Positions 1-13,185 of a stretch of DNA of 64,000 nucleotides are shown here, piece by piece. This stretch comes from Mobula hypostoma (lineage: Eukaryota). Each line of letters starts with the position of its first letter. The stretch's first letter is position 1. Below the pieces are notes generated by a model that saw nothing but the letters and a program-made list of their open reading frames with translations, was not told the DNA's origin and did no database searches. Location: NCBI RefSeq assembly GCF_963921235.1, contig NC_086097.1:185320001-185384000 (forward strand), in the 5' to 3' direction. The position numbers and the translations under genes were made by a program.

Positions 1-93
1 TCTTTCTTTCTGCAGTGTGAATACACCAGTTAAAGCCATTTCTCACTTGTGTGATTTTATTTAATTGATATGTAGTTGTGCACAGACACAACA
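1..93 (+). repeat. 5' LTR (3' part) of Gypsy element
   Basis: Direct repeat of about 2632-2724; ends ...ACACAACA and is followed directly by the PBS. Confidence 0.9.
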
Positions 94-96
94 AAT

Positions 97-110
97 TGGT
101 GACGAGTATG
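97..110 (+). promoter_or_regulatory. Primer binding site, tRNA-Ser(GCU)-type
   Basis: TGGTGACGAGTATG resembles TGGCGACGAGGATG, the complement of the vertebrate tRNA-Ser(GCU) 3' end; lies 3 nt after the LTR. Confidence 0.75.
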
Positions 111-2542
111 AATCTGAATGTCAGAAAATATCTTGAACTGCACCGACCGCTATGGCACGAAACAGCGAGAGTTAAACAGCACGAGAAGGCCGTCACAGGT
201 ACTAATAAAGGAATATGTGAATTACAGTGAAAGACGTGCTGAATTTAAAGTGAAAATAATGTGGCGATGGCTTCAGTCAGGATAACGCTAATGAAGGCTG
301 GGAGTCATATATCAGGAGAGCTAAACTGTGTTGTAACATGGAGGAGCAAAAGAAAGCCCCCACACTTCTTAACTTAATGGGCCTAAGAACATATAGTATC
401 TTACACAACTTAGTAACTCCTGAAAAGCTGGCAAGCAAAATGTTCAACGAAATTATTACAATTTTACAAAATCGCTGGTTGTTGCTGAGAGATTTAGATT
501 TTACAAAAGGAACCAGTCAAAAGATGAAAGTTCTTCTGAATACATTGCAGAACTGTGCAAACTTTCTCAGTACTGTGACATTAGAGATGGACTTTCTGAT
601 GCATTAAGGGACAGGCTTGTATGTGACATGCATAGTCAAAGCACTCAGAAGAGGCTACTATCTGAAAGAGTCCTAACCTTAGAATGGGCATTGACCATTG
701 CAATATTGTTAAAGACTGCAGCAAAGGATGCAGCAGAACTAAAGAAAAAGAGGTTAGAATGTGAAATGCATAAAATGTCCCTGAATGGTGCAAAAGGTTA
801 AAAATGTTATTGATGTGTCAAATCCTCCCATGATGCAAATGACAGTTGTTTCAAAGAAAAAGTCTGCAGAAAGTGTCACAGACCAGGTTACATAGAGAAT
901 GTGCAAGGCAGACAAAAAGCACAACTGGGTGAAAAGTCTCAAACACAAAAATAAGCAAATTCATAAAGTTACTGATTGTAAAACAGAATCAGACAACAAA
1001 CAGTCTGACAAAGGTGAACTGTCATTCCTAGAACGCCACAGTATAACAGAAGCAGATCACAAAACCATCTGGATCACCATAGGTGTGTCTGGTGTAAAAA
1101 TGAAAATGGAGCTGGATACAGGGTGAGCTTTGTCTATAATTCCAGAGACTGACTACAACAGACTGTTTTCTAAGATACCATTAGAGAAGACCTCAGTTAT
1201 GTTAAAGACATACACAGGCAAAAAAAGTGTCTGCCAAAGGCAAACTAAAAGTAAAAGTGATGTACAGAGGCCAAACACAACAGTTAGAGCTTTATATATT
1301 GAAAAGTGGAGGGCCAGCATTTTTTGGATGTAAGCGGTTGAGAAAAATCCAACTAGCTGGCACTCAATCAAAGCTCTCAGTGTGGCATCAACAGGCAATG
1401 GCAGATCAAATGGTAGCACTCACCAGAGACTAGAAATAGATAAACAAACTGAAGACTTGGCCAAAAAGTGTTTGGGAGGCCAAAAAATTCAAAATACAAC
1501 CCCACAGGCACCATTACACCCATAGGAGTGGCTGTCTTCATCATGGCAAAGAGTACATATAGATGTTGCTGAGCCATTCATGGACTCTGTGTTTTTGATT
1601 GCTGTGGATGCTCATTCAAAGTAACCAGAGGTTATATCAATGAAGTCAACCACCTCGGCAAAGGCTGTCTCCAGTCCTTCACCAGAAACAGCTTACCAGA
1701 GCAAATTGTGAGTGACAACAGACCACCATACTCATCAGAAGAATTTAGACTGATCATGAAGAAAAATGGTGTCAGACATTTCAAGTCACCTCCTCACCAC
1801 CCAGCAATAAATAGGTTAGCTGAAAGGTTTATCCAAACCTTCAAGAAGTCCATTGAAGTGATGGACAAGAAGGACATTCCTCTACAACACCAGGTGGACA
1901 ACTTCCTTTTTGTGTAGCAGAACTCTGGTCTTGAGCTGACAAATCAAACATCAGCAAAAGGAATTGGAGATCTCAAATAGACATCCTGAAAATAGATCTA
2001 CGGAAGGAAGTACAAAATAAACCATTCAGCCAGTTGCCAAGAGAATCAGCAAGGAGCTTTGAGGTTGCACAGGAAGTATGATTATTGAGAAGGCAAGTGG
2101 ATGCCCAGTAGGATAGCTACAAGAACTGGACCACTGATGTACACAGTGGATGTTGGAGATCAGGCATGGAGACATCATGTGGACCAGATACTGGATGCTC
2201 AACTGAAGGAGACAGCTGAGTCAACTGCATCCAACAAGATGGACACATTGCAGTCACCGGACTTAACTCTCAGTGATGGTTACGTCACTGACAGCAATGT
2301 GAAACCAGCAAAAATGTCTTCGCCAAGATACCTAGCAAACCTGATGCCACTTCACAGGTCCAGAGGCACTATCCGAAAAGAAACAGAGCACCACCCAAAA
2401 GACTGAATCTTTAGTATAGTGAAGTTAGTTATGGACCATTATTGTAAAAGCATGTTTATTTGAAATATGGGTTTGTGAAAGGGAAATTGAATGTTTTGTA
2501 CATACACAGTTTTATGTTGCATTAAACTAAAGAGGGAAGACA

Positions 2543-2724
2543 TGTAATGTATGGATCCATTTCTTTTAGAGTAATGACTCTCCCCTCCAGCACTATGTAT
2601 TAATCTGTTTCCACACATGTGCATTGTTCTCTCTCTCTCTCTGCAATGTGAATACGCCAATTAAAGCCATTTCTCACATGCGTGATTTTATTTACTTGAT
2701 ATATAGTTGTACGCAGACACAACA
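2543..2724 (+). repeat. 3' LTR (182 bp) of Gypsy element
   Basis: Starts TGTAATGT, ends ACACAACA, preceded by a purine tract. Confidence 0.9.
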
Positions 2725-2923
2725 GTAACTATTAAGGAAAAGAATCAAAATACTTCAATCTATGATTATGCTAACAGTATATTAATAATATAAGGAAATG
2801 AGGAAGTGCAATGATGCAGAACTCTGGAGTGCAAGGGGAGACTGTGTGAGGAATGATATGATGAAATAACACAACACAGGATGAGGGGAAGGTGAGGCAA
2901 TGCCATCAGCAGAAACTAAGTGA

Positions 2924-2924
<1 letters not shown>

Positions 2925-2957
<33 letters not shown>
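2925..2957. repeat. (CA)n microsatellite
   Basis: Visible run of about 16 AC units. Confidence 0.97.
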
Positions 2958-2959
<2 letters not shown>

Positions 2960-5248
2960 TTTATGAATATCCCTTGCAACAAGGAAAGAATAATGAAAGT
3001 GGGTCAGCCAGGGATTTTTCTGAATCCATTCACACTGTGCACATTCTGCTGCTCCACCTGTTCCAAAATTCATGAATGTATTAGGCTGTTATGTATTTTA
3101 TTTCTAGTCTGGACCCACATCATTCCCTCAGCTAATTAATGCCAAACATGGAGATGAAATGAGAATAGGCATGTGGCAATAAAATAGTCAGTAATAGCAA
3201 TCTTCCTTCTTTTCAATGTGATCGCAGACACCAGCACTCCCATTCTGCAACCACCCACCTCCATGCATCTTAGTATTATTATTGAGGACTTTATTAATTT
3301 TTATAAATCTCAGTTTGAAGTAATTTGTGTTTCCAAGGAAAGCACCTGTTTCAGAATTCAAGTTACTGTTTCTACTCAGAAGCAGACAATTTCAGATGGG
3401 AATGGAGGTCAATTACTTTGTCAAAAGGAGATTAGATAGTGACTGCTCCCACAGATCTCCTAGCTGGTCAAAGAAATATTATCTACAGTTGATGTAAGCC
3501 CAAGTGAGACAAGAGGAAAACCCAAGGGAGAAATATCTCCCCTTCAGCAGTTTAGAAGTTTGCCAAGATTTGTTATAGGAGTATAGGAAGTCAGTGAAGG
3601 TGTTTTGTATCTTTGAACACAGGAAACTATTGTAGGATGAGGTGCTTATAGATATGCTCCTCAGTTCAGATAGAAAAATACTTGCATGATGGCTCAGAAA
3701 AATTAAATGCCGATGCATTGTTGATTTTTTCAAATGTTTAGTAACAACAAATTTGTATGCTTTCGAAGCAGCAAAGGGAATTTAATGCTCAATGGGTTAA
3801 TAAAGAAAAAGTGACTTCTGCTAAGGCTGACACTACTAAAATAAAATGGATCCTCAGGGACATCTTTGTTCCCATGGGCAAGTATCTTAATGCTGTTCCT
3901 TGAATTATAGAGTTACTATTTGTTGTATGATACCATCATGGAGCTGTCTGCTTACTGTGAATGAGTAAGATAATCCATTCTGCTGGTATTGTGAAAACAT
4001 CAATAAGCAATAGTCTGCAGTGTGTGGCATGTAGTCACTACACTAAAAAATAGAAAATTGCTCTTTGATGTCACTGACGTAAATGTATAGCCTGCTGCAA
4101 GACAGTTAACAGGCAATAGTGAAAACTAATTAGTCGTGACTTTCTCCCAATGGTGCACTAAAATATAGTTTAGTTTGACAAGGGACTGAATTAAATATCA
4201 TACCAGATGTGATGGCTATGGACTGGCATGGTGAAATACAGCTTGTAATCTTGACTTCTCATGGAGGGTGAGTTCATTACTAGCAAACCACATAAATGCT
4301 GCTACTTACTCACCATCCCCTTTGCATCCATTTTAATTAATGCCAAAAAGTACTCTTAGAAAGAATTAAAACAATGAAGAAAGCTTCAGTTAAGAAAACA
4401 ACAAAATGAAAAATAGCAAAAAAAAGTTACAGCACATAACATTTTGCATGATCAACTGAAGGCATTGACTTAAGAGATTTCTTGATTCACCAATAATCAC
4501 AAATCACTACTCTTACTGGCAGTGGCCCAGTAGCAGATTATAGTGGCAGCCTCAGAAATAAAATAACTACTTGCATGTACATACAAAAAGAAGTTCAAAG
4601 ATGACAGAATTCACCACAGGCAGAACATTGATGCAGTGGACTGATAGATAAAGTTATTGAACTAACTTCAAAAAGTTTAGCTAAGGTTAATGTGAAATGA
4701 GAGGTCATTTGTTTCTATTGGATAAGTTTACGCAGATATTTTCTGACAGGAAAAGACAATTAAAGCTTAAAATTATCATATCTGGTAATGAGATTACTTA
4801 ATGCAGATTTCAGACATATTTTTCACTAAAAGAGACATTAAAACGTAGAAGAAGTTATGAAGCATTTCACACCTGAAGCCAAATATCCAGAGGGGACAAT
4901 TTATACTCTTATTTGCCTGGGCCTGGCCACATGTCAAACTGCTGCTGAGTTCTCATTAAAACATGGCAGGCTTATAGCTAGCACTCCCCAGGATATTTAT
5001 TGGATACTGCTCGTTAGGGGAGGTGGCAGAGGAGCATGCTTGCACTGGACTTGCTTTGATATTGGACTTTAGATAGCTTCACTTAAAGAGCCAGTAGCTC
5101 TTCATAATATTGGGCAGGAGAAGATATTCTAGAATGAAAAGATGGTTGGGAAGAAATCACAGACAAGACATTTAAATTCGTTGATGTCAGGTGTAATTTA
5201 TTGTAACTTTTATGCCTCTGCACTGTACTGTTGATGCAAAACAACAAA

Positions 5249-6073
5249 TTTGAATTGAATTGAATTGACTTTATCTCTTACATCTTTCACATACGTCTGA
5301 ATGTGCAAATTATAGTAATTTGTAATAAGTAGTATGTACAACAGGATAGTCAATATAGCTTAGAAATACAGTTGTGTCAGCATGAATTAATCAGTCTGAT
5401 GGCCTGGTGGAAGAAGCTGTCCCGGAGTCTGTTGGTCCTGGCGTTAATGTTATGGTTCCATTTCCCGGATGGTAGCAGCTGGAACAGTTTGTGGTTGGGG
5501 TGACTCAGGGCCCAATGATCCTTCGGGCCCTTTTTACACACCTGTCACTGTAAATGTCTTGAACCGTGGGAAGTTCACATCCACAAATGTGCTGGGCTGT
5601 CCGCACCACTCTCCGCAGAATCCTGTGATTGAGGGAAGTACAGTTCCCATACTAGGCAGTGATACAGCCAGTCAGGATGCTCTCAATTGTGCCTCTGTAG
5701 AAAGTTCTTAGGATTTGGGGATCCATACCAAACTTCTTCAACCGTCTGAGGTGAAAGGGGCACTGTTGTGCCTTTTTCACCATACAGCTGGTGAGTATAG
5801 ACCAAGTGAGATCCTTGGTGATGTGTATGCCGAGGAACTGGAAGCTGTTCACCCTGTCAACCCCAGATCCATTGATGTCAATAAGGTTGAGCCTGTCTCC
5901 ATTCCTCCTGTAATCCACAACCAGCTCCTTTGTTTTGCGACATTGAGGGAGAGGTTATTTTCTTGACACCACTGTGTCAGAGACATGATTTCGTCTCTGA
6001 AGGCTGTCTCATTCTTATTTGAGATAAGACCAATCAATGTAGTATCATCTGCAGATTTAATTAGAAGACTGGA
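5249..6073 (-). mobile_element. Rex1/Babar LINE, 5'-truncated, inserted into the 3' tail of another LINE (about 5180-5250 and 6074-6120, +)
   Basis: Fragments ADDTTLIGLIS, FQFLGIHITKDLTWS, KAQQ...LRRLKKF and FYRGTIESILTGCITA. (AATTC)n tail at 5249. The flanking +strand tail ends in (GATTCT)n. Confidence 0.88.
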
Positions 6074-6395
6074 CAATATAAGCCAGTGATAATAAACCCG
6101 ACTCTGATTCTGATTCTGATCCCAGCAAATGCGCCCTGTTCCTCCTCATTTCAGTGCAAGATGTATAAAGCTTTTGAGTAGCATTTACTAATGTAGGAAG
6201 GCTGTTGATCTAATAAAGGCCTTCCAGAAAATGCAGCAGAATGCTCTATGACATGAAAACATTTAGTAAAATATTTCTATTGCTCTCTTTTCTCACTACT
6301 CATAATACTAAACTCTCCTGCTTCCCCTCACTGCTGTTAGCACAGTTTCATAGTTTGCTATGACTCTTTCTCTTCATACCAATATATGCTACAAT

Positions 6396-6862
6396 AAGAC
6401 CATAAGACATGGGAGTAGATTTAGGCCATTTGGCCTGTTGAGTCTGCTCTGCCATTCAATCATGGGCTGATTCAATTCTTCCAGTCATCCACACTCCCCT
6501 GCCTTCTCCCTATACCCTTTGATACCCTGGCTAATCAAGAACCTATCTATCTCTGCCTTAAATGCACCCAATGACTTGGCCTTCACAGCCGCTCATGGCA
6601 ACAAATTCCACAGATTTACCATCCTTTGACTAAACTAATTTCTCAGCAGCTTTGTTCTAAATGGACGTCCTTCAATCCTGAAGTCGTGCCCTCTTGTCCT
6701 AGACTCCCCTACCGTGGGAAATAACTTTGCCATATCTAATCTGTTCAGGCCTTTTAACATTTGGAATGTTTCTTTGAGATCCCCCCTCATTCTCCCGAAC
6801 TCCAGGGAATACAGCCCAAGAGCTGCTAGACGTTCCTCATACAGTAACCCTTTCATTCCTAT
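6396..6862 (-). mobile_element. CR1/L2-type LINE 3' fragment
   Basis: YEERLAALGLYSLEFGRMRGDL...TRGH C-terminal motif and (TCTTATGG)n tail. Confidence 0.88.
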
Positions 6863-7404
6863 GTTCTTCATAGCTAGAATCTGTCACATACAGAGAAGCT
6901 GTTCTAATGAAATAATTATCCTAAGATTTTACAAGGATATTACCAGTAAAACCTCTTCTTACTTGCAGAAAAATATCATATTCATCATTACTTCCAAAAG
7001 TCATTACCTCTTCTTCAATACTTCAAACAATTCTGGACTTTTTTCCTGTGCTTATAAAGTAAACCCCAATTTGATGTGATCAGTGGCTTAAGTATTGCTC
7101 TTAATGAGTGCACAAGTAGGAAACATGAATGCTTAGCTTCCTAGAACCTGTAGTAAATGTAACTCTGCCAAACAAGATAGGTGCTTAGCTGCAGCAGGAT
7201 ACAGTGTGGAGTGTGTTTATAAAGTGCTGTATGGAAGGCCAGCCAGTGAAGAATGAAATGAGCATCAGAATCAAACCACATTAGCTTGTTAAAATGAATC
7301 ACTGAAGCAAAGTGGATAGATTTTATACTTGTTGATTTTCAGCATCAATGTAATTCTGGGGAGAAATTCTGTTCATATATTTGTTTCTCTCTCTCTCTTT
7401 CCGA

Positions 7405-7655
7405 ATCAGAATCAGCTTTTTTATCACCAGCATGTGGCGCGAAATTTGTTAACTTAGCAGCAGCAGTTCAAGGCAATACATAATATGGAAAAAAAAAATA
7501 AAATAATATAAATAAATTACTGTATATGTATATTGAATAGATTAAAAAGTCAAGCAAAAAACAGAAATACTATATATTTAAAAAGTGAGGTAGCGTCCAA
7601 GGGTTCAATGTCCATTTAGCAATCCGATGGCAGAGGGAAAGAAGCTGGTCCTGTT
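7405..7655 (-). mobile_element. Rex/Babar-type LINE 3' UTR fragment
   Basis: (GATTCT)n tail and GAAGCTG...CTG 3' segment like the other Rex copies. Confidence 0.6.
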
Positions 7656-7984
7656 CACTCTGGGATACAGGTGTTTTTAGCAAAGCCAGAATTACTACCC
7701 TTCTCTACTTGTGCATGTAATGGGGTAATGGTGAGACAACTACTTAGATACCATAGTAATCTGGTAAAGGAAGTCCCACTCTGGGAGAGAATTCTAAGAT
7801 CTATACTCAGTGATGATGAAGAAATCATGGCATATTTCCAAGCCAAGATGTCAGACTACTTTCTGGCAGTGACGTCCCACGTATCTGTTGCCTCTCTTTT
7901 CTTGATAGCAGAGGTTGTAGATTTAGGACATGTTGTCAGAGTAATCTAATTGAAGTGTATTTTGGATGTGGAGTAGATACTTCT

Positions 7985-8881
7985 GAAAAAGACGGAAGTT
8001 TTGTACCAACCGGCTCCTGGCTCAAGCTACGAAGAGTCAACTGTCCACATTGATGACACTCGTCTCAATGCTGTCAACAAGTTTTGCTACCTGAGCAGCA
8101 TAATAACATCCTCAGCTTCTCTGGATGTAGAGATTGAGTCAAGAACCAGAAAAGCCTGCTTTGCCTTTGGTCAGCTGAAAGATCGAGTTTGGTCACAAAA
8201 CATCAAGTTGGACACCAAGTGCAAGGTATACAGGGCCATTATCATATCAGCCTTGTTATACGGATGTGAGACATGGTGCCCATATCAGAGACACTTACGG
8301 CAGCTTGACCAACTGCAACAGCGTCACCTACGTTCTCTGATGAAGACCTGGCGAGACAAGGTCTCCAATACCGAGGTCCTCTCTCGAGCTGGAATGCCGG
8401 CAGTTTCAACCTTGATGATGTCAGCCCAAATGTGCTGGGCAGGACATGTTGTCAGAATGCCTGACGGAAGCCTGCCCAAGGACATCTTGTATGGCCAACT
8501 GTCCAGTGGTACCAGAAAACGAGGAGGCCAGCGACTACGGTACAAGGATGTTCTGCACGGGAGCCTCAAGAAAGCTGACATTGCCCCAGCAACATGGGAG
8601 GATCTGGCTCAAGATCGCTCACAGTGGAGGGACGCCATCAGAAAAGGTGTGGACGCTGCTGAGAACAAGCTCAACGAGGCAACAGAGGAAAGGCACAGGA
8701 AGTGCCACAACAGAGCTTCTGCCCCTGCTGCCCCTCCAGGTCTCACCTGCCAAGTATGTGGTGAGTAGTGCCTGTCAAGGATCGGCCTGTACGGCCACGC
8801 CACGACACACATATCAAACCCCTCTAACTGACTGAAAGGATCCATCATCATCCTGTGGGATGGATAGCCAGAGAGAGAGAC
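7985..8881 (+). mobile_element. RTE-clade (BovB/Expander-like) LINE 3' fragment
   Basis: ORF 8001-8768 contains KFCYLSSII, LLYGCETW and WAGHVVRMPD. A terminal C2H2 finger reads CQVCGE*CLSRIGLYGHATTH across the stop. Ends in a (GA)n tail. Sits inside an older minus-strand LINE remnant (about 7655-9420). Confidence 0.9.
8001..8768 (+). pseudogene. RTE ORF C-terminal portion (RT thumb / C-terminal domain)
   Basis: 255-aa open frame with RTE motifs; 5'-truncated, with a premature TAG inside the zinc finger. Confidence 0.85.
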
Positions 8882-9499
8882 ATACTGCAGCCATGATGCA
8901 ACATTGACAGAAAGAATAAATATTTAGGGTTGCAGGAATACTAATCAAATAAGCTGCTTTCTTTTTCCTGGATTGTGTTGAGCCTTTTTAGTGTTTCAGA
9001 ACTGTATTCGAACAGGAAAGTGGAGAGCATCATGCTCCCTGGCTATAACTTTGGAGATTGTGGAAAAGCCTTGGTTTATCAGTCCACAGAAAATATAAAT
9101 TCTCCTATAACCCCTATGCCTACTTGGTTGATTTAGTTGGGGACGTTTGGTGACAGTGAACTCTCACTTCTGACAATGTTAACGATGGATATAGTGCCAC
9201 TGATTGTCAAACACAAGGTGATAAACTCTCTTTAGCTGAATATTGTCACTACATGGCACGTTTGTGGTGCAAATCTTAATCTGTATTTATTAATCCATGC
9301 CTGAAGGTCATCTGGACTTGCTTCAGGAAAGTACGAGATGTGTCATTTACTATGAAGTTGCCAAAAGGAGTTGAGCATTTTTACAATCAGCAGCAAACAT
9401 CCCACTTCTGACCTGTAATAGAAGGAAGATCAGAGTGAAGCATCTAAAGTTACTCTGAGCTTGGACATTGGCTGGAACAGCTTCTGCAGCAACACTCTC

Positions 9500-10825
9500 A
9501 CAATGGATGGATTGATCCCAGGGCAGGTCCTCAAAGTGTGTACCCAACAGCTGACTGCTGTGTTTGTGGGCATTTTTAATTTCTCTGCCCTGTCTATCAT
9601 TGTCCCTGTACCTAAGAAAACCAAGGTAGCATGTCTGAACGATTGGTGCCCTGTCACACTCACCTCAATTACAAGCAAATGCTTTGAGAGACTGGTTAAA
9701 GACTACATCTGCAGCATACTACCACCCACATTGGACCCCCAACAATTCACATACTGACGGAACCGCTCTACCAATGATGCTACAGCCACAGCCCTACACA
9801 CCGTCCTCCCTCACCTGGAGAAGAAGGATGCATACATTAGGAATGTTGTTCCTGGACTACAGTTCAGCATTCAACTTCGTAATTCCCTCCAGACTTGATA
9901 GGAAGCTCAGAGACATCAGCCTGCACCCCACCTTGTGTAGCTGGCTCCTAGACTTCCAATCAGATCGCTAACAGATGGTAAGGATGGGCCCCCTCATCTC
10001 TGCCCCTTTGACCCTCAACACAGGAGCCCCCCAGGGTTGTGTCCTGAGTCCCCTCCTCCATTCTGTTTACATACACAATTGCCGACTAAATTCATAGATG
10101 TCACTACATTGATCGGCCTTATTTCTAGCACTGAATATTCAGTCTGCAGAGGAGAGGTTAACACCCTGACACAGTGGTGCCAAGATAACAACCTCTCCCT
10201 CAATGTCCAAAAAATAAAAGAGCTGATTGTAGATGTACCCTCCTATAATCCTCCTATAGATTGTAGGAACAGAGACAGGCTCGGTCTGATCAACATCAAT
10301 GGGTTTGCAGTTGAGAGGGTGAGTAGTTTCAAGTTCCTCGGTATACACATCACCAATGATCTCACCTGGACTGTACACAGTGCCTTTGTGACAAAAAAAA
10401 AGCACAACAGCGTCTCTTCTACCTCAGGCGACTGAAGAAGTTCAACATGAGCCCCCAAATCCTCAAGACCTTCTACAGGGCCACCATTGAGAGCATACTG
10501 ACCGGCTGTATCACCACCTGGTACGGGAACTAGAACAACCTTGATCACTGGGCACTGCAGAGAATGGTTCGGACAGCCCAGCGCATCTGTGGATGTGAAC
10601 TTCCCTCCACTGCGGACATTTACAGCAGCAGCTGCATGAAGAAGGCCTGGAAGATCATCGTGCCCACCAGTCACCCCAACCATACAGGACAGGCTACAGG
10701 ACAGCTTCTTTCTACAAGCCATTAGACTATCAAATTCACATGTCTGTACATTGTAATGGAGTCATAACGCAAAGATTTTTACTCCCTCATGTTGTGGGAT
10801 CGTGTAAAATTTAAACAAATTCAAA
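9500..10825 (+). mobile_element. Rex1/Babar LINE fragment (RT region to 3' end)
   Basis: IVPVPKK...CLNDWCPVTLTS, LDPQQFTY, MLFLDYSSAFN and FKFLGIHITNDLTW, with frameshifts. Confidence 0.9.
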
Positions 10826-10926
10826 TTGATTTCCAGTTGGAACAACTATCAGAATCAGGATCAGAATTATTATCACTGATTTTTTGATGTGAAATTTATT
10901 GTTTTGTGGCAGCTGGTCAGTGAAAA

Positions 10927-11541
10927 GTTAATGGCCACTTTATTAGGTACCTCCTGTACCTAATAAAGTAACCATTGTGTGTACGTTCAGTGTCTTCTGC
11001 TGTAGCCCAACCACTTCAAGGTTTGACATCTTGTGCATTCAGAGATTCTTTTTTGCACACTGCTCTGTTATTCCAACATATGGTTATTTGAGTTACTGTC
11101 ACCTTCCTGACGACTTGAACCAGTCTGTCCATTCTCCTCTGACATCTCTCATTAAAAGGTGTAAACTGGATATTTTTACTCGATACTTTAACTGGATATT
11201 CTTTTGTGTGTTGCTTGGATTTCCAGCATCTGCAGATTTTCTCTTGTTTGTAACGGATTTTTTGTTTTTTGTTTTTTGCACCATTTTCTATATCCTTTAG
11301 AGACTGTTGTTAATGAAAATCCCAGCTCAGCAGTTTCTGAGATACTCACACCAACCCATCTGGTGCCAATAATCATTTCACAATCAAAGGCACTTCCTGA
11401 TGTTTGGTCTGAACAGCAACTGAACTTCTAGACCATGTCTGCATGCTTTTATACATTTATTTGCTGCCACATGATTGGCTGATTAGATATCTCCATTAAT
11501 GAGTAGGTGCATAGATGTACCTAAAAGTTGGGCACTGAGTG
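10927..11541. mobile_element. Tc1/mariner-type non-autonomous element
   Basis: TIR-like TGGCCACTTTATTAGGTAC at the left and TGTACCTAAAAG..GGCACTGAGTG followed by TA at the right. Left end folds as a short hairpin. Contains a PLE tail at about 11205-11252. Confidence 0.7.
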
Positions 11542-11619
11542 TATAAAATACTGTATGACTAGTATGCAAGGCAAGCTTTCCACTGAACCCAGATGCATGT
11601 GAAAATAATGAGGTAATTC

Positions 11620-12300
11620 CATTCTAAATTACAATAATTTATAAAATTAATAAACAGTACAGAAAAAGGAATAGTGGGAGTGTTCATGGACTGTTCAAAA
11701 ATCTGATGACAGAGGGGAAAAGGCTGTTCCTAAATCATTGAATGCTGGTCTTAAGGCTCCTGTACTCATCCCTAATGATGGTAATGAGAAGAGGGCATGT
11801 CTTAGATGTTAAAGGTCCTTAGCGATGGATTCTACTTTCTTGAGGCACTGCTCTTGAAGATGTGCTCAATGGTGGGGAGAATTGTACCCTTGATGGCTGA
11901 CTCTACAACCCTTTGCAGCCTCTTGCATTCCTGTGCAGTGGAGTCTTCATACCAAGCTGCGATACAACCAGTCAAAATGTTTCAATAGAAATCTGCAAGA
12001 GTCTTTGGTGAGGTCCTGAATCTCTACAAACTCCTTACAAACCTGAGCACCTGGCGTGCTTGCTTAAGGGTTTTATTGGGCCAGGGCAGATCCTCTGAGA
12101 TGTTGATGCCCAGAAAATTGAAGATGCTCACTCTTCCACAACTGACCCCTCAGTGAGGACCTGTGTGGGTTCTCCAACTTGTCCTTCTTGAAGTACATAA
12201 TCAATTCTTTAGTTTTGCTGAGATTGAGCGTGAGGCTGTCTTGGGGCATCATTCACTAATGGATCATCTCAGTCATCTATACCTCCTCATTGTCATCAAA
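11620..12300 (-). mobile_element. Degenerate Rex/Babar-type LINE fragment
   Basis: Same diagnostic segments as other Rex copies (GATCCTCTGAGATGTTGATGCCCAG, AAGCTGTTCC); heavily decayed. Confidence 0.65.
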
Positions 12301-12670
12301 CTCCCATGAAATGTATTTTCCCCTTTTATTCCTGATGCACATTGACTCCAGTTTCATCAGAGCTCCTTGGCACCATGCTCAGTCAAATCCAGCCTTATGA
12401 AAACATGAATCGATCATCTAATTTTTGGCTATAATCATTGATTACCATCATTTGAACTTGCCTGGAAGCATAAAATTGCTGATATGCATAACCTGAGCAT
12501 AAACAAGAAACCAAAATGTCTTGTGCTAGTAAGAAGCAATTTTCAGGAATCAGAATAAATGGGCAAGATGTCTGCATGTCCATAGAAGGTGTGGGTCGTC
12601 AGTTGGCACAAAGTTGAATGCAAGGTCAGACTAAAGAATGGGTTGTACGGTTCTTTGATGTAGCATTTTG

Positions 12671-13185
12671 CAGACATCCCACCCTGCAAAAACTCATTTC
12701 AGGGAGGTAGCACCATCAATTTGCGGGACACTTCTGGGAGAGGTGGGATGTCTGCAATAGAGTAGCTCCTTAGCAGCCAGCCAGCTAGTTTAAATAACGT
12801 TAGCTATACTAATGAACGAATGACACCTGTTAAACTCACCTCAACATGTCTTTTACAGTCTTAACCCACCACGGGCAATAGGAAAGTCACTGTTGCAAAC
12901 AGTGCAGCGAGCAACACTGTCATTATTTGACCCCTATTAGGCAGGAGTACACTTTGGTGCAGTCCGGGGTGACGTACGTTTTATATTTTGTTTGGAACAC
13001 TCTGCCATGGCGCGCTCTCGCTGGCTCTTTCTCCCTCTCTCGCTCGCTCTCTCTGTCGCGCGCGCTCTCACTCTTGGTCACTTTCGCGCTCTCTCTTGCT
13101 TTTCTTTCGCTCGCTCTCAAAAAAATTGATTTCACTATTAATATGTGGGAGGCTCCCGGTAGTTCTGGGAGAGGTGGGATGTCTG
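12671..13185. mobile_element. Non-autonomous DNA transposon (hAT-like MITE) with 13-bp TIR and 6-bp TSD
   Basis: TIR CAGACATCCCACC (12671-12683) pairs with GGTGGGATGTCTG (13173-13185). ATTTTG flanks both sides (12665-12670, 13186-13191). An extra internal right-TIR lies at 12742-12754, with a CT/CG-rich simple repeat near 13010-13117. Confidence 0.88.

Larger units (their letters stand above)
1..2724 (+). mobile_element. Gypsy/Ty3 LTR retrotransposon, internally deleted (gag-PR-IN remnants, no RT/RNase H); 5' LTR cut by window edge
   Basis: 5' LTR remnant 1-93 matches the end of the 3' LTR 2543-2724 (TG...CA; about 9 mismatches in 84 bp). PBS TGGTGACGAG at 97-106, PPT AAAGAGGGAAGA just before 2543. 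Protease MELDTG near 1106-1126. Integrase motifs PLHP*EW, WQRVHID, SDN.PPYSSEEF and LAERFIQTFK at 1490-1920. Confidence 0.92.
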
